A program made the translations under genes and the position numbers. The notes under the pieces were generated by a model, which ran no database searches, was not told the DNA's origin, and saw only the letters and a list, made by a program, of their open reading frames with translations. A stretch of 60,705 nt of DNA, counting the filler. It is 3 parts of 3 records of this genome, joined end to end, with 100 filler letters (N's around TTAATTAATTAA, not from the genome) between each part and the next. Parts side by side here need not be neighbours in the genome. Positions count along the whole stretch, not along the records: positions 1 to 30,164 come from SRR31156797_13936; positions 30,265 to 54,463 come from SRR31156797_13938; 1 more part is not named here. One strand, given 5' to 3'. Shown here one piece after another: positions 28,084 to 37,674 of the stretch (the stretch's first letter is position 1; every line of letters starts with the position of its first letter).

Positions 28084-28807
28084 ATATCAGCCCTTCCTTA
28101 TTGATGGCATCAAAGAAACTCTTCTTGTAAAAATCTCCGATGGGAATTTGGTTTTCACCGATCTCAATGCTGCTTTTTCCAATGCTTTCAATTTTAGCAA
28201 CAGGAACAAGGTAGGATTTATGAACCCTGATAAAATCTCCCGATGGAAGCATTTTCTCAATGGTTTTAAAATTCATGTGGGTTACAATAGTTTTGGAAGT
28301 GGTAATTATTTTCAGGTAATCTTTCAGCCCTTCAACAAAGAGAATTTCATCAAAAACAACTTTTATCATTTTATAATCAGCCCGGATAAACATGAAATCG
28401 TGTGATGGTTTTCCGGTAACCTTCCCGGATGCGTGGGTTTTTGCTTTTTCGATGATATCGTCATAGGTTTTGTTTACTGCTTTCACAAACCGCTCAAAGG
28501 AAATAGGTTTCAGGAGGTAATCGGAAATTTCAAGTTCGTAGCCTTTCAATGCATACTGGTCGTAAGCGGTAGTCAGGATCACCTTTGGTTTTTGTGAAAT
28601 GGTTTCCAGCAGTTGAATACCGTTCAGGTCATCCATTTGAATGTCAAGAAACATCAGGTCCACCTTATTTTCCTTTAAAAAATCGATGGCTTTTAATCCG
28701 CTTGTGAAAAGTCCGCTAAGGTTCAGGTAAGGGATTTTGTCGGTGTAATCTTTCATCTGGTCCAGGGCCAGTGGCTCATCATCAATGGCAATACAATTCA
28801 ATAACAT
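28082..28807 (-). CDS. LytTR family response regulator
   Basis: IAIDDEPLA, FLDIQM, TTAY, YLLKP receiver; EGLKDY...FIRVHKSY LytTR domain. Confidence 0.95.
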   Translation of the reverse strand: MLLNCIAIDDEPLALDQMKDYTDKIPYLNLSGLFTSGLKAIDFLKENKVDLMFLDIQMDDLNGIQLLETISQKPKVILTTAYDQYALKGYELEISDYLLKPISFERFVKAVNKTYDDIIEKAKTHASGKVTGKPSHDFMFIRADYKMIKVVFDEILFVEGLKDYLKIITTSKTIVTHMNFKTIEKMLPSGDFIRVHKSYLVPVAKIESIGKSSIEIGENQIPIGDFYKKSFFDAINKEGLI

Positions 28808-28814
28808 AGGCTGT

Positions 28815-29891
28815 TTAGTTATTGTGCGTTTGTTTTAATTCGAGTTTTAAATCTACAGTAAAAATATGATTTTCGATTTTAATATCCAGTTTGTGATGGT
28901 TTGGATATATCAGAGCAAGCCTCCTTTTCACGTTCTTAATGCCAATCCCTTTTGTGTCGTCTGTTGATCCATGAGCAGAGCGTATCGTATTGCTGGTCAG
29001 GAAATGAACCTCACCGGATGTTACCGTCAGGTTGATTTTAAACTTGTGATCTTTTGCGTTTTTATCACCATGTTTAAACATGTTTTCGATAAAGGGAATA
29101 AACAACATCGGTGGAATTTTGATCCCGGCTGAGTTTCCCTGGATATTTACCGTAACATGATCAGGCTGCTCAAGGCGAAGGCGTTGGAGTTCTATGAAGT
29201 TGTTGATGTAGCCGATTTCATCCGAAAGAAATACCATATCCCTGTTGGCATCATAGAGCATGTAACGCATAATTTCTGAAAGCTTTACCACTGAAAAACT
29301 TGCCCTATCCTGGTTTTTCTTAATCAGGCTGTTGATGTTATTCAAGGTATTAAATAAAAAGTGTGGATTAATTTGGGTTCTCAATAAGGCCAGCTCACTT
29401 TTCATACCTTGCTGTTCCAACTGTGTTTTTGTTTCCTGAATTTTCAGCAAATGCTTTACGAGTCGTAGCATAAAGAAAACACCTACGGTGGAATAAATGT
29501 AAAAAATGTGCTGAATGATGTTGAAATGCATGAACTTGTGCCCATCGCTCACCTGGTCAGAATACAAAACCGGTATTTCGATATAATAAATGAGTACCCG
29601 GAGCATCAGGGCAAAGAAAATGGACGAAACAGCAAGCCAGCTAAAGAACTCCTTGTACTTCCGTTTGATGAAGAATTTTTGTAGTAAAAAATAACCCGTA
29701 AAATAGGAGGCCAAAATAAGTACCGGGAGCTCAACCATTTCAGAGAGGAGGTTGGTTCTGAATACATCAAAACTGTAGCCTACAAAATTCCGCTGGAACC
29801 TCGAAACGTTGAAAAGCAACAAAACCAACCAAAACAGTGCATGATGCCACACCCTGGTTTTGATAGGATAATCCCTGGTAAGTATGTTCAT
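28815..29891 (-). CDS. LytS/YehU-type sensor histidine kinase
   Basis: 4 TM helices; LRTQINPHFLFNTLNNI, PFIENMFKHG, GIGIKNVKRRL; ATG 29891 preferred over GTG 29912. Confidence 0.92.
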   Translation of the reverse strand: MNILTRDYPIKTRVWHHALFWLVLLLFNVSRFQRNFVGYSFDVFRTNLLSEMVELPVLILASYFTGYFLLQKFFIKRKYKEFFSWLAVSSIFFALMLRVLIYYIEIPVLYSDQVSDGHKFMHFNIIQHIFYIYSTVGVFFMLRLVKHLLKIQETKTQLEQQGMKSELALLRTQINPHFLFNTLNNINSLIKKNQDRASFSVVKLSEIMRYMLYDANRDMVFLSDEIGYINNFIELQRLRLEQPDHVTVNIQGNSAGIKIPPMLFIPFIENMFKHGDKNAKDHKFKINLTVTSGEVHFLTSNTIRSAHGSTDDTKGIGIKNVKRRLALIYPNHHKLDIKIENHIFTVDLKLELKQTHNN

Positions 29892-30164
29892 ATCTGCTTG
29901 ATTATAACTCACAAAAATAATCGCATATGTGACTTGAATTATTGAATCGCTTGGCTTTTAGACAAAAGTGGGTTTACTTTCTGCCAAAAGCTGCTTTTTT
30001 AATACCTATCTGCTAATAGAGGTGAACAGAAGTTTTATCATGAACATCCATGTAAAAACTATACTATCTCCAGCCTTCTGATTTATAAAAAAAACTAGCC
30101 CTTCTGGAAGTTAAAATCTTTTCGTCATTGCTTTTCACATCTGTCCTAAACGATAAAAAAATAT

Positions 30165-30264
30165 NNNNNNNNNNNNNNNNNNNNNNNNNNNNNNNNNNNN
30201 NNNNNNNNTTAATTAATTAANNNNNNNNNNNNNNNNNNNNNNNNNNNNNNNNNNNNNNNNNNNN
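30165..30264. other. Artificial contig spacer
   Basis: 44 N + TTAATTAATTAA (stops in all frames) + 44 N; abrupt change in base composition across it. Confidence 0.97.
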
Positions 30265-31388
30265 TCATCCATCTTCCGGTTCATCTCCGAAAAGGAGAGT
30301 TCCAGGGCATCCAGTTCGCGGAAGCCCGTGCTGTCCGGCTGATTCTCCCGGATATCGCTGCTGAGCTGGAACTGGTTCAGTTTCCGGTTGAGTTTGGAAA
30401 GGGGGGTGCTGATGCCCCGGCCCAGGCGGCTGGAGATAAGGTATCCCAGAAAGCCGATGAGCAGGCTCAGGGGAATCAGGAATTTCTGTATCCGGATGAC
30501 GGGAGCCATATAGAGATCCCTGTTCTTGACGGTCAGGATCTTCCAGCCCGTTTCAGTGGCGATCCCCATGCAGAGGACCTCGTGCTCGTCGTCCCCGGCG
30601 CTGCGCTTGCTGATGATGCGGTAGGGCAGCAGCTGGGATGAGAGGACGGCGTAATTGCTTCCGTAGGGGAGGGTACGGGGGTAGAGCTGAAGATTTTGGG
30701 AATTGAAGACCTGAAAGTCCTCCCCCGGGGCCTGGAGCCTGTCGAAAAGGGTTTCGCTTTCCTGCTTGACCTCTATATAGCCCAGGGGATTGCGGTAGGG
30801 GTCGTAGAGGACCTGATAATGGGATATGTAGGTCCTCATCTCAGGATCCGTTTCCTCCGCCAGATAGTCCCGCTCCGGAGCGGACCACCAGGAGGTCCTT
30901 TCCTGGCGGAGAAGTCGCTTCAGCCGGGAGGAGAGATGGCCCGGAAGACGCTGCCTGAGATTGTAGCGCCCGAAACAGACCATGTCCCCGTCCGGGAGGA
31001 GGATGTTCACCTGGGGCACCTGTTTGAGGGGACCCACCGTTTCGTCCAGAATGGTCTGAATGCCCCTGACCGCGTAGTACAATCCGGACGGATCGCTGTC
31101 CCTGTTCTTCAGGCTCTCGTACTCCCTGACCGCTTCCTTGAGCCGGCGGGAGTAGGCCAGGTTCAGGGAGACCCGTTTGATCTTCCGCAGCTCCTCGTCC
31201 AGGAGGCCGGATATGACCCTGGTGTTGCTGATCAAAGCGGTCTCCTCCCTTTGACTCAGCAGTCTGGTGGTCATGATCAGCAGAATGAGAGAGAAGAGGA
31301 GCACGGCGAAAAACATGGGTATGAAGCCGAAGAGAAAGAGACTCCTCCGGATGCTCAGGATCTTTCGCGGGGATGAGGCTGCGGGCAT
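30265..31388 (-). CDS. YesM-like sensor histidine kinase, N-terminal part (3'-truncated at contig end)
   Basis: TM-Cache-like periplasmic domain-TM-HAMP (PLSKL...ELDALELSFSEMNRKM); kinase core missing at the gap. Confidence 0.75.
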
Positions 31389-31537
31389 AGGACCATTATA
31401 GAGGGGAAGGAGCAGGGGGCACAGGAAAAAAGAAGAAAAAGTCGGATTTGTCCTAAAGGCCGATCAGTTCTCTCCATATACGGATACAGAATTCCGGTTT
31501 TATGCTGTATGCATAATCATTCTAAAGGAGACTATTT

Positions 31538-32539
31538 ATGAAAAAAGCATTATGCCTTGTCCTGATGGCTCTGACGGCCTTTTCCGTATTTGCCAACGGT
31601 CAGCAGGGAGCGGCCGAATCCAAACAAGACGGCATCGTCATCGGATGGAGCAATGCGGGAATGGGAGACTCGTGGAGACAGTTTCTGAACAGCAACTTCC
31701 AGGCCGAGGTAGCGGAACACCCCGAAATCAGTAAGGTTTATGTGACCAACGCAGACGAAAAACCTGAAAAGCAGATCGCCGATATCAATGACCTGATCGC
31801 CAAGGGCGTAGACGGACTGATCGTCTATCCCACCATGGGCGAGGTTCTGGGACCCGTCATCGAGTCCGCCTACAACGAGGGCATACCCGTCGTCGTTTTC
31901 GGCGGCGCGCTGGAGACCTCTTCCTATACCAGCCTGGTGACCCAGGACCTGACCGACTTCGGACAGTCCCAGGCGGAATGGCTGGCTAAAGAGCTGGATG
32001 GAAAGGGAAACATCATCATGCTCAGCGGCATCTCCGGTAACACCACGGCGGAAGAGAGGCTGGCGGGCGCCCGGGAAGAGTTCGCCAAGCACCCCGGAAT
32101 CAAGATCCTGGACCACCACTACTGCGACTGGTCCGCCGCCAAGACAAAGACCATCATGGAAGCCATGATCTCCGCCTTCCCTGAGATAGACGGTATCTGG
32201 GCCGACTCCGGACTCATGTCCTGGCCCGCCCTTCAGGCCCTGCGGGAAGCGGGGCGTCCCCTTGTTCCCACAACCGGAGATCAGCTGAACGGCTATGCCA
32301 AATACCTGGTTGAGAACGATGTGCCCGGCTATGTCTACCCCATGACGACCAAGCTGTCCGCCGAATCCGTTCGCGTCCTGCTGAAGGCCATCAAGGGCGA
32401 AGAGGTGGACAAGCTTCACTACATCGATGTGGACGGAATGGGTCCCGATGAGATCAAGGAATTCGTCCGTCCCGAACTCTCTGACTGGTGGTGGATCGGC
32501 GACGACCAGATCCCCGAGGAGTTCCTCCCCGAGATTTGA
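31538..32539 (+). CDS. Sugar ABC substrate-binding protein (RbsB-like, PBP type 1)
   Basis: Spirochaete-type leader ...SVFANGQQG; IGWSN...WR, QIADINDLIAKGVDGLIV; SD AAGGAG. Confidence 0.9.
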   Translation: MKKALCLVLMALTAFSVFANGQQGAAESKQDGIVIGWSNAGMGDSWRQFLNSNFQAEVAEHPEISKVYVTNADEKPEKQIADINDLIAKGVDGLIVYPTMGEVLGPVIESAYNEGIPVVVFGGALETSSYTSLVTQDLTDFGQSQAEWLAKELDGKGNIIMLSGISGNTTAEERLAGAREEFAKHPGIKILDHHYCDWSAAKTKTIMEAMISAFPEIDGIWADSGLMSWPALQALREAGRPLVPTTGDQLNGYAKYLVENDVPGYVYPMTTKLSAESVRVLLKAIKGEEVDKLHYIDVDGMGPDEIKEFVRPELSDWWWIGDDQIPEEFLPEI

Positions 32540-32549
32540 TCCTCCTTCC

Positions 32550-32586
32550 CCCGCCGTTGCCGGTAAAGCGCGGGACGGCGGGTTTT
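32550..32586 (+). terminator. Stem-loop or terminator after the binding-protein gene
   Basis: CCCGCCGT...ACGGCGGG-TTTT. Confidence 0.6.
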
Positions 32587-32761
32587 AATATGATGCACCT
32601 GGAAGATGGAACAAAGAGTACTTAAACACCGGTCCGACGCCGGGAACACAAGGGGAGGCTCGGGTCTCCCTTGAGAACTGTTATAAGGCCCTTCGGCCCT
32701 ATCCGAGATAATCACCAAGGCAGTCGTTGGAGCCTTGGTAGCATAAAAGGAGCTATGCACT

Positions 32762-33952
32762 ATGAATTCAGAGATCTTTTTTACCTCCCTGAAACTGGGC
32801 CGGAAACAGATGATCAACAGATTCGCCTATCAGCCCACGGAAACCAATAACTGCGAAGCCGACGGAACCCCCACAACCGCGACCATAGAGCTTTATAAAG
32901 AGAGAGCCCGGGCCGAACCGGGAATCATCTTTGTGGAGTCCACGGATATCTCCGCCGACTGCCAGGCCCGCTCAAACCGGATGGTCCTGACCGGAGAAAA
33001 CAAAGAGAGCTACAGAAAGCTGGTCGCCGAGATCAAGGCCGTCAGCCCCGGTACGCTTGTGATCTTTCAGCTCAGCCATGCCGGACGCCTCAGCGATCCC
33101 GCCTTCAAAGCCCCCCTGTTCGTCTATGCCCGCGACGAAGGCGAAACGATCATGACCACCGGCGAGATCGAAAAAGCCGCCGACGATTTTATCCGATCGG
33201 CCCTGATCATAGACGAGATAGGGGGAGACGGAGTGGATATGAAACAGGCCCACGGCTTCCTGGCCGGAGACTTCCTCCATCCCGCCAACAACCGGGACGA
33301 TGAGTACGGAGGGAGCTTCGAGAACCGGATCCGCTTCTTCTCCCGGATCTTCGCCGGCGTGAAGAAGGACTGCAGCGAGGATTTCATCATCGGCACCCGC
33401 ATCTCTCCCTACGAGGGCATCCCCGGTGGCTGCGGCAGCGCCGGGCCCGAGGAGGTTATCGAGGATCTGGGCGAGATGGAGGAGTATGCCCGCCGTCTGG
33501 AGAAGATGGGCATAGACTTTATCAATGTCTCCGCCGGTTACGCCGCGGCCAATCTGGAGATCCTCCTTCCCACGACAACCTATCCGGAAGGGGTGTACCG
33601 CCACTTCACCTGGACCCGCAGGATCAAGTCCCAGGTCTCCATCCCCGTGATCGGCTCCGGCTACAGCCATCCTGCGGACGGGGAGAACGCCCTTACCGCC
33701 GACGCTCCGGAAAAGAAGAGCACCCTTTACTTCGCGGCCCGGAACCTGGAGCAGGGGAATGTGGATGTCGTCGGCATCGGACGGCAGACCTTCGCCGATC
33801 CCCTCTTCGTGCAGAAGGTGCGCGACGGCAGGGCCGCCGACATCAAGTGGTGTACCACCTGCAGCGGCTGCGGCATGCTCCTGGGGAACAACAAGCCCAT
33901 AGGCTGCACCCGCTACGACAAGACCTACGCCGAGATCTTCAAGGGCCTGTGA
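32762..33952 (+). CDS. NADH:flavin oxidoreductase (OYE/Oxidored_FMN family) with a C-terminal Fe-S motif
   Basis: NRFAYQP, QLSHAGR, AHGFL, RDDEYGGSFENRIRF, GIGRQTFADP, CTTCSGC...C. Confidence 0.88.
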   Translation: MNSEIFFTSLKLGRKQMINRFAYQPTETNNCEADGTPTTATIELYKERARAEPGIIFVESTDISADCQARSNRMVLTGENKESYRKLVAEIKAVSPGTLVIFQLSHAGRLSDPAFKAPLFVYARDEGETIMTTGEIEKAADDFIRSALIIDEIGGDGVDMKQAHGFLAGDFLHPANNRDDEYGGSFENRIRFFSRIFAGVKKDCSEDFIIGTRISPYEGIPGGCGSAGPEEVIEDLGEMEEYARRLEKMGIDFINVSAGYAAANLEILLPTTTYPEGVYRHFTWTRRIKSQVSIPVIGSGYSHPADGENALTADAPEKKSTLYFAARNLEQGNVDVVGIGRQTFADPLFVQKVRDGRAADIKWCTTCSGCGMLLGNNKPIGCTRYDKTYAEIFKGL

Positions 33953-34458
33953 GCGTAAAGGTACTGGTCCTTTACGATTCCAACACGGGCAATACGGGCG
34001 CCATGGCCGGCCTTGTGGGGGAGGGCGCCGCTGAGGCCGGCGGCGAACTCCGCCTGCGCCATGTGGACGCGGCCTCCGGGGAAGACCTGGTCTGGTGCGA
34101 CGGCCTGGCCCTGGGATCTCCCACCAACTACGGTACCGTCTCCTGGCGGATGAAGAAGTGGTGGGACGATCTGCCGGCGGAGCTGTGGAGCACGGTCAAC
34201 GGCAGGACGGGCTGCGCCTTCAGCTCCGCAGGGGGCTGGGGCGGCGGCACCGAGCTGACCTGCCTGACCCTGCTGACCATCCTGATGAACTACGGCTTCT
34301 CCGTATTCGGGGTCACCGAGTACGTGGCCGAGCGCTTCACCCTCCATTACGGGGCGGTGGCGGCAGGCGAGCCCCGGAGCCAGGGGGAGAGGGAGGCCTG
34401 CCGGAAGCTGGGGCGGGAGCTGGCGGAGCGGTTGATGTCTTCAGAGATTCATTCATAG
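33949..34458 (+). CDS. WrbA-like flavodoxin family protein
   Basis: VLYDSNTGNTGAMA, GSPTNYG, FSSAGGWGGG; GTG start overlapping the upstream TGA (GTGA). Confidence 0.88.
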   Translation: MSVKVLVLYDSNTGNTGAMAGLVGEGAAEAGGELRLRHVDAASGEDLVWCDGLALGSPTNYGTVSWRMKKWWDDLPAELWSTVNGRTGCAFSSAGGWGGGTELTCLTLLTILMNYGFSVFGVTEYVAERFTLHYGAVAAGEPRSQGEREACRKLGRELAERLMSSEIHS

Positions 34459-34477
34459 AAAGATATTGTGTTTCTTT

Positions 34478-35923
34478 TTATAAAAAACGCTCTCTGTATT
34501 CCTTTGGGGTGTATGAGGTGTAACGCTTGAAAACCTTGCCGAAGTATTGAGGCGAAGAGAATCCCAGCTCTTCTGATATTGTATTTATCCTTTTTGCCTT
34601 TCCAAGAAGTTGGTTCTTGGCAATGTCGATCTTGGCCTTATTCACATAGTGGTTGAAGCCGACTGTTGTCTCTTCTTTGAACAGACGGCTCAGATGTTCG
34701 GAGCTGACGTTGAAGAGAAAGGCTGTCTCCTCCAGATTGATCGGTTCATGTATATGAGAATCAATGTAGGAGAGGATCTTTGAGATGAGTATGCCTCCGG
34801 TATGGAGACGCTCTTCCTGAGGGGCAAACAGATTGAAGGCCTTTGTCATCAGGGCTTCCAAATCAGTTCTGTTCAGACATTCTGAGACACCGGTGCTGTA
34901 TTCCTGGACCATATCGTTGTGAAAGCTCTGGGGGAACATCTTCTTTACATGACTCAGAACTGAGAAGAGCAAAGCTTTTTGTTTCTCTTTTAAGACGGAA
35001 GGGGCGCTTCTCTGTTCGGTAAGATGATTGAGCCACTTTCTGAATTGCTCTTCTGCGCCGGTTATATCCCTTCGTTCCAGGAGGATCATCAATTCGCGTT
35101 CGATTTGCTTGTACCGTTCACTCTCCAGCATGGTTTCCTGTGCAGTCAGGGTACTATCGACGATTGAGTTTTCCCACTCGTAGAACAGGTGATGATCCAA
35201 TGCGGTCCATAACTCACGAACAGGTCGTGTCTGTTTTGTTTCGTCGAACCAAACACCCGTTAGCTTTCCATGGGAGGTCAGCATAATTTTTGAGAACATC
35301 TGGGAACAAAGGAGAGCGGATACAGAGGTTCCCGCAGGTCTTGCTTTCAGGTGAAATACCATCCGATTCAGTTTCGGATCCGAGTATTCGCTGACTGAGT
35401 AATCTGAACCTATGCTTCTGACCAGTAAGCTCCTGATATATGCAAACAGCTTCTTACCGTTCTTCCTCCCTTTGTATTTGATGACCAGATAATAACCCGG
35501 ATCGGTGCTTCCCTCACAGTCACCGCTTACCCGGGCACTCAGGTCTTCACAGGAACCGGCATCCGATATGGCCTTTGCTATCGTATTGATTATGTCCTCT
35601 TTGACAAAGGGTTTCAGGATGTAATCCCTGACTCCCAGTTTAAGACTGGTACGGGCATATTCAAAATCTGAATGGCCGCTGACAATAATGATATAGGGAC
35701 TGTAGCCCTCCTGTTCTATGGCGCTTATCATCTCCAGGCCGTCCAAACCAGGCATCTTAATATCACTGATGATAATATCCGGTCGTTCGTTGCATATGGT
35801 TTCCAGGCCTTCCGCGCCATTGCAAGAGGGGGATAGGAGATCGATACCGTGGAATTCTCTGACTATCAAATTATACAGCCCTTCTCTGGGCCTTTTCTCA
35901 TCTTCAACAATCAGGAGCTTCAA
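34478..35923 (-). CDS. YesN-like response regulator (receiver + AraC HTH)
   Basis: LLIVEDE, ISDIKMPGLDG, YILKP; HLSRLFKEET...GFSSPQYFGKVFKRYTSYTPKEYR. Confidence 0.93.
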   Translation of the reverse strand: MKLLIVEDEKRPREGLYNLIVREFHGIDLLSPSCNGAEGLETICNERPDIIISDIKMPGLDGLEMISAIEQEGYSPYIIIVSGHSDFEYARTSLKLGVRDYILKPFVKEDIINTIAKAISDAGSCEDLSARVSGDCEGSTDPGYYLVIKYKGRKNGKKLFAYIRSLLVRSIGSDYSVSEYSDPKLNRMVFHLKARPAGTSVSALLCSQMFSKIMLTSHGKLTGVWFDETKQTRPVRELWTALDHHLFYEWENSIVDSTLTAQETMLESERYKQIERELMILLERRDITGAEEQFRKWLNHLTEQRSAPSVLKEKQKALLFSVLSHVKKMFPQSFHNDMVQEYSTGVSECLNRTDLEALMTKAFNLFAPQEERLHTGGILISKILSYIDSHIHEPINLEETAFLFNVSSEHLSRLFKEETTVGFNHYVNKAKIDIAKNQLLGKAKRINTISEELGFSSPQYFGKVFKRYTSYTPKEYRERFL

Positions 35924-37611
35924 TTTTCCGCCTCCGGTATGCTCAGCTTAATTTCCGTTCCCTCTCCTGGTTCGGAGCGGACTGATATCCACCCTCTGGA
36001 ACCGTAGTAGGCTTGTAGTCTGGAAATGGGATTCGTAATTCCGGTCGAGCGGACTGCCTTATGGGAGTCGAAACCGATTCCATTGTCTTTGATCGTAATG
36101 AGAATGCCTTCTTCCCTGCTGGCGGGTTCTATCTTTACAGAAATTTTTCCTTTGTATCTGATATCCTCAAATCCATGGATAAGGGTGTTTTCTACAAAAG
36201 GCTGTAAGAGCAGCTTGTACAATCTGAACTCGCCAAGGCTTTCATCCCAATCTATCGTATAGTCGAAAAGGTCGTCAAAACGGATTTGCTGCAGCTTCAG
36301 ATACTGTTTCAGCCATTGGATCTCCTCCGACAGTGAGGCTGTCGCATCTATGCCGCTTATGCTATATCTTAATATCCCCGCCAGAGAAGTCAGGGCCTCG
36401 CTCATGATTTGATCTTCCTTATCGATGGCGATCCAGTTCAAGGAGTTTAAGGTATTGTACAGGAAGTGGGGGTTGATCTGAGCCTCCAGGGCCTTGATCT
36501 CAGCTATACGCCGCTCCTCCTGGGCTCGGATGATTCGGTTCGTCTTTTCTGTCTGGTCCTTCAGGAGGGCGTCGATCTTCTCCTTCATATTGTCGAAGGA
36601 GAGGTTCAGATACTCCAGGTCGTCGTCCGTTCGCACACTGTAACGGAGTTCGTTGTTTTCTATCTTCATGGACTCCCTCATGATCCCGAGGGTATTTGTT
36701 ATTCTCAAGATGTAGTTTCTCATCATATAGAAGTGAAAGACCACCGAGAGGGCAGCCAGTCCGAGAAGGACTATCTTTAACATCAGAAACTCTCCGAAGA
36801 GGTCCTGCTCATTATAGATTGTGGCGATGGTCCACTCCAGCTTGCCCAGATTTACTTCATCTCTCAGATAGCGCTGATCCAGTCGAAGTCGCTTTCTGGT
36901 TGAGGAGGGGATCTCAACACCGGTGATAAGCTTGTCATTATGCAGAAGGAAGGTTTCGGAGAAAATGATCATTTCGTTTTTTTCCAGGGGATTCAGCAGT
37001 TCCCTGACACCCTCCGTTGAGAGGAGAATGAACATATAGCCCCGTCGTTCAATACGGTTCAGATCGTAGAAGTGGGAGCCTATGACGATGGTCGGGGTCT
37101 CCGTATGAGTCATGTTTTCCATGGGGAAGGAGTCTATATAGGTCATGGCTCCATCCCTCCCGTCTATGATTTGCAGGATGGCGCTCAGATCTCCGATGGA
37201 TTCCAGAAAAACTGTGTTTGATATGGACTGTTTATTGTATCCGAACAAGGTATCCGTATCATTCTCATAGTAGGCGAAGCCTATTAAATCCTTTTTCATA
37301 TAGGAATGCCGGGACAGAATGTTTATCTGTCTGTTGTTCAGAAGACTATGATCCGAGCCCGGAGTTTTCAGAATCGTATTCAGGTTATCTGTGAAGTCCT
37401 TATTGGTCATTATGGATAGAAGGGTTTGCTGGTAATCCGCCAGTTCGTTTTTCAGCAGGTTCTTCTTCTGCTCCAGATTTCGACGGACAAGGGCTGTGAT
37501 TTTATGCCTCTGTTTGACTGAGTAATGCCCAATCAGGTAGAGCTGAAGAGTGAAGAGAGGGACGAAGGAGGTAATGATGAATAGGATTATGATCTTTTTC
37601 TTATAACTCAC
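35920..37611 (-). CDS. YesM-like sensor histidine kinase
   Basis: Two TM helices; LEAQINPHFLYNTLN, LQPFVEN..IHG, DNGIG, GEGT. Confidence 0.93.
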   Translation of the reverse strand: MSYKKKIIILFIITSFVPLFTLQLYLIGHYSVKQRHKITALVRRNLEQKKNLLKNELADYQQTLLSIMTNKDFTDNLNTILKTPGSDHSLLNNRQINILSRHSYMKKDLIGFAYYENDTDTLFGYNKQSISNTVFLESIGDLSAILQIIDGRDGAMTYIDSFPMENMTHTETPTIVIGSHFYDLNRIERRGYMFILLSTEGVRELLNPLEKNEMIIFSETFLLHNDKLITGVEIPSSTRKRLRLDQRYLRDEVNLGKLEWTIATIYNEQDLFGEFLMLKIVLLGLAALSVVFHFYMMRNYILRITNTLGIMRESMKIENNELRYSVRTDDDLEYLNLSFDNMKEKIDALLKDQTEKTNRIIRAQEERRIAEIKALEAQINPHFLYNTLNSLNWIAIDKEDQIMSEALTSLAGILRYSISGIDATASLSEEIQWLKQYLKLQQIRFDDLFDYTIDWDESLGEFRLYKLLLQPFVENTLIHGFEDIRYKGKISVKIEPASREEGILITIKDNGIGFDSHKAVRSTGITNPISRLQAYYGSRGWISVRSEPGEGTEIKLSIPEAEN

Positions 37612-37628
37612 TGAACCTCCGGTTAAAA

Positions 37629-37666
37629 GGTACAGACGACCGGTCAGCAGAACCGTCGTCTGTACC
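37629..37666. other. Intercistronic stem-loop downstream of the binding-protein gene (mRNA stabiliser or attenuator)
   Basis: GGTACAGACGA-C-CGGT-CAGCAGA-ACCG-TCGTCTGTACC. Confidence 0.65.
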
Positions 37667-37674
37667 GGATGATA

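Noticed and set aside
30209..30220. TTAATTAATTAA palindrome (also at 54508-54519) as a biological site
   Set aside because: Centred in N-runs and identical at both junctions; a synthetic all-frame stop linker
32590..32761. Assignment of the OYE leader to a known riboswitch (Moco, TPP, ykkC, FMN)
   Set aside because: Only fragmentary resemblance and the diagnostic conserved segments are missing; kept as an unassigned structured leader
33847..33948. ORF-track N-terminal extensions (also 42991, 45342, 49174, 50685, 58167)
   Set aside because: They overlap upstream genes or lack an SD; downstream starts match the family N-termini and coupling overlaps
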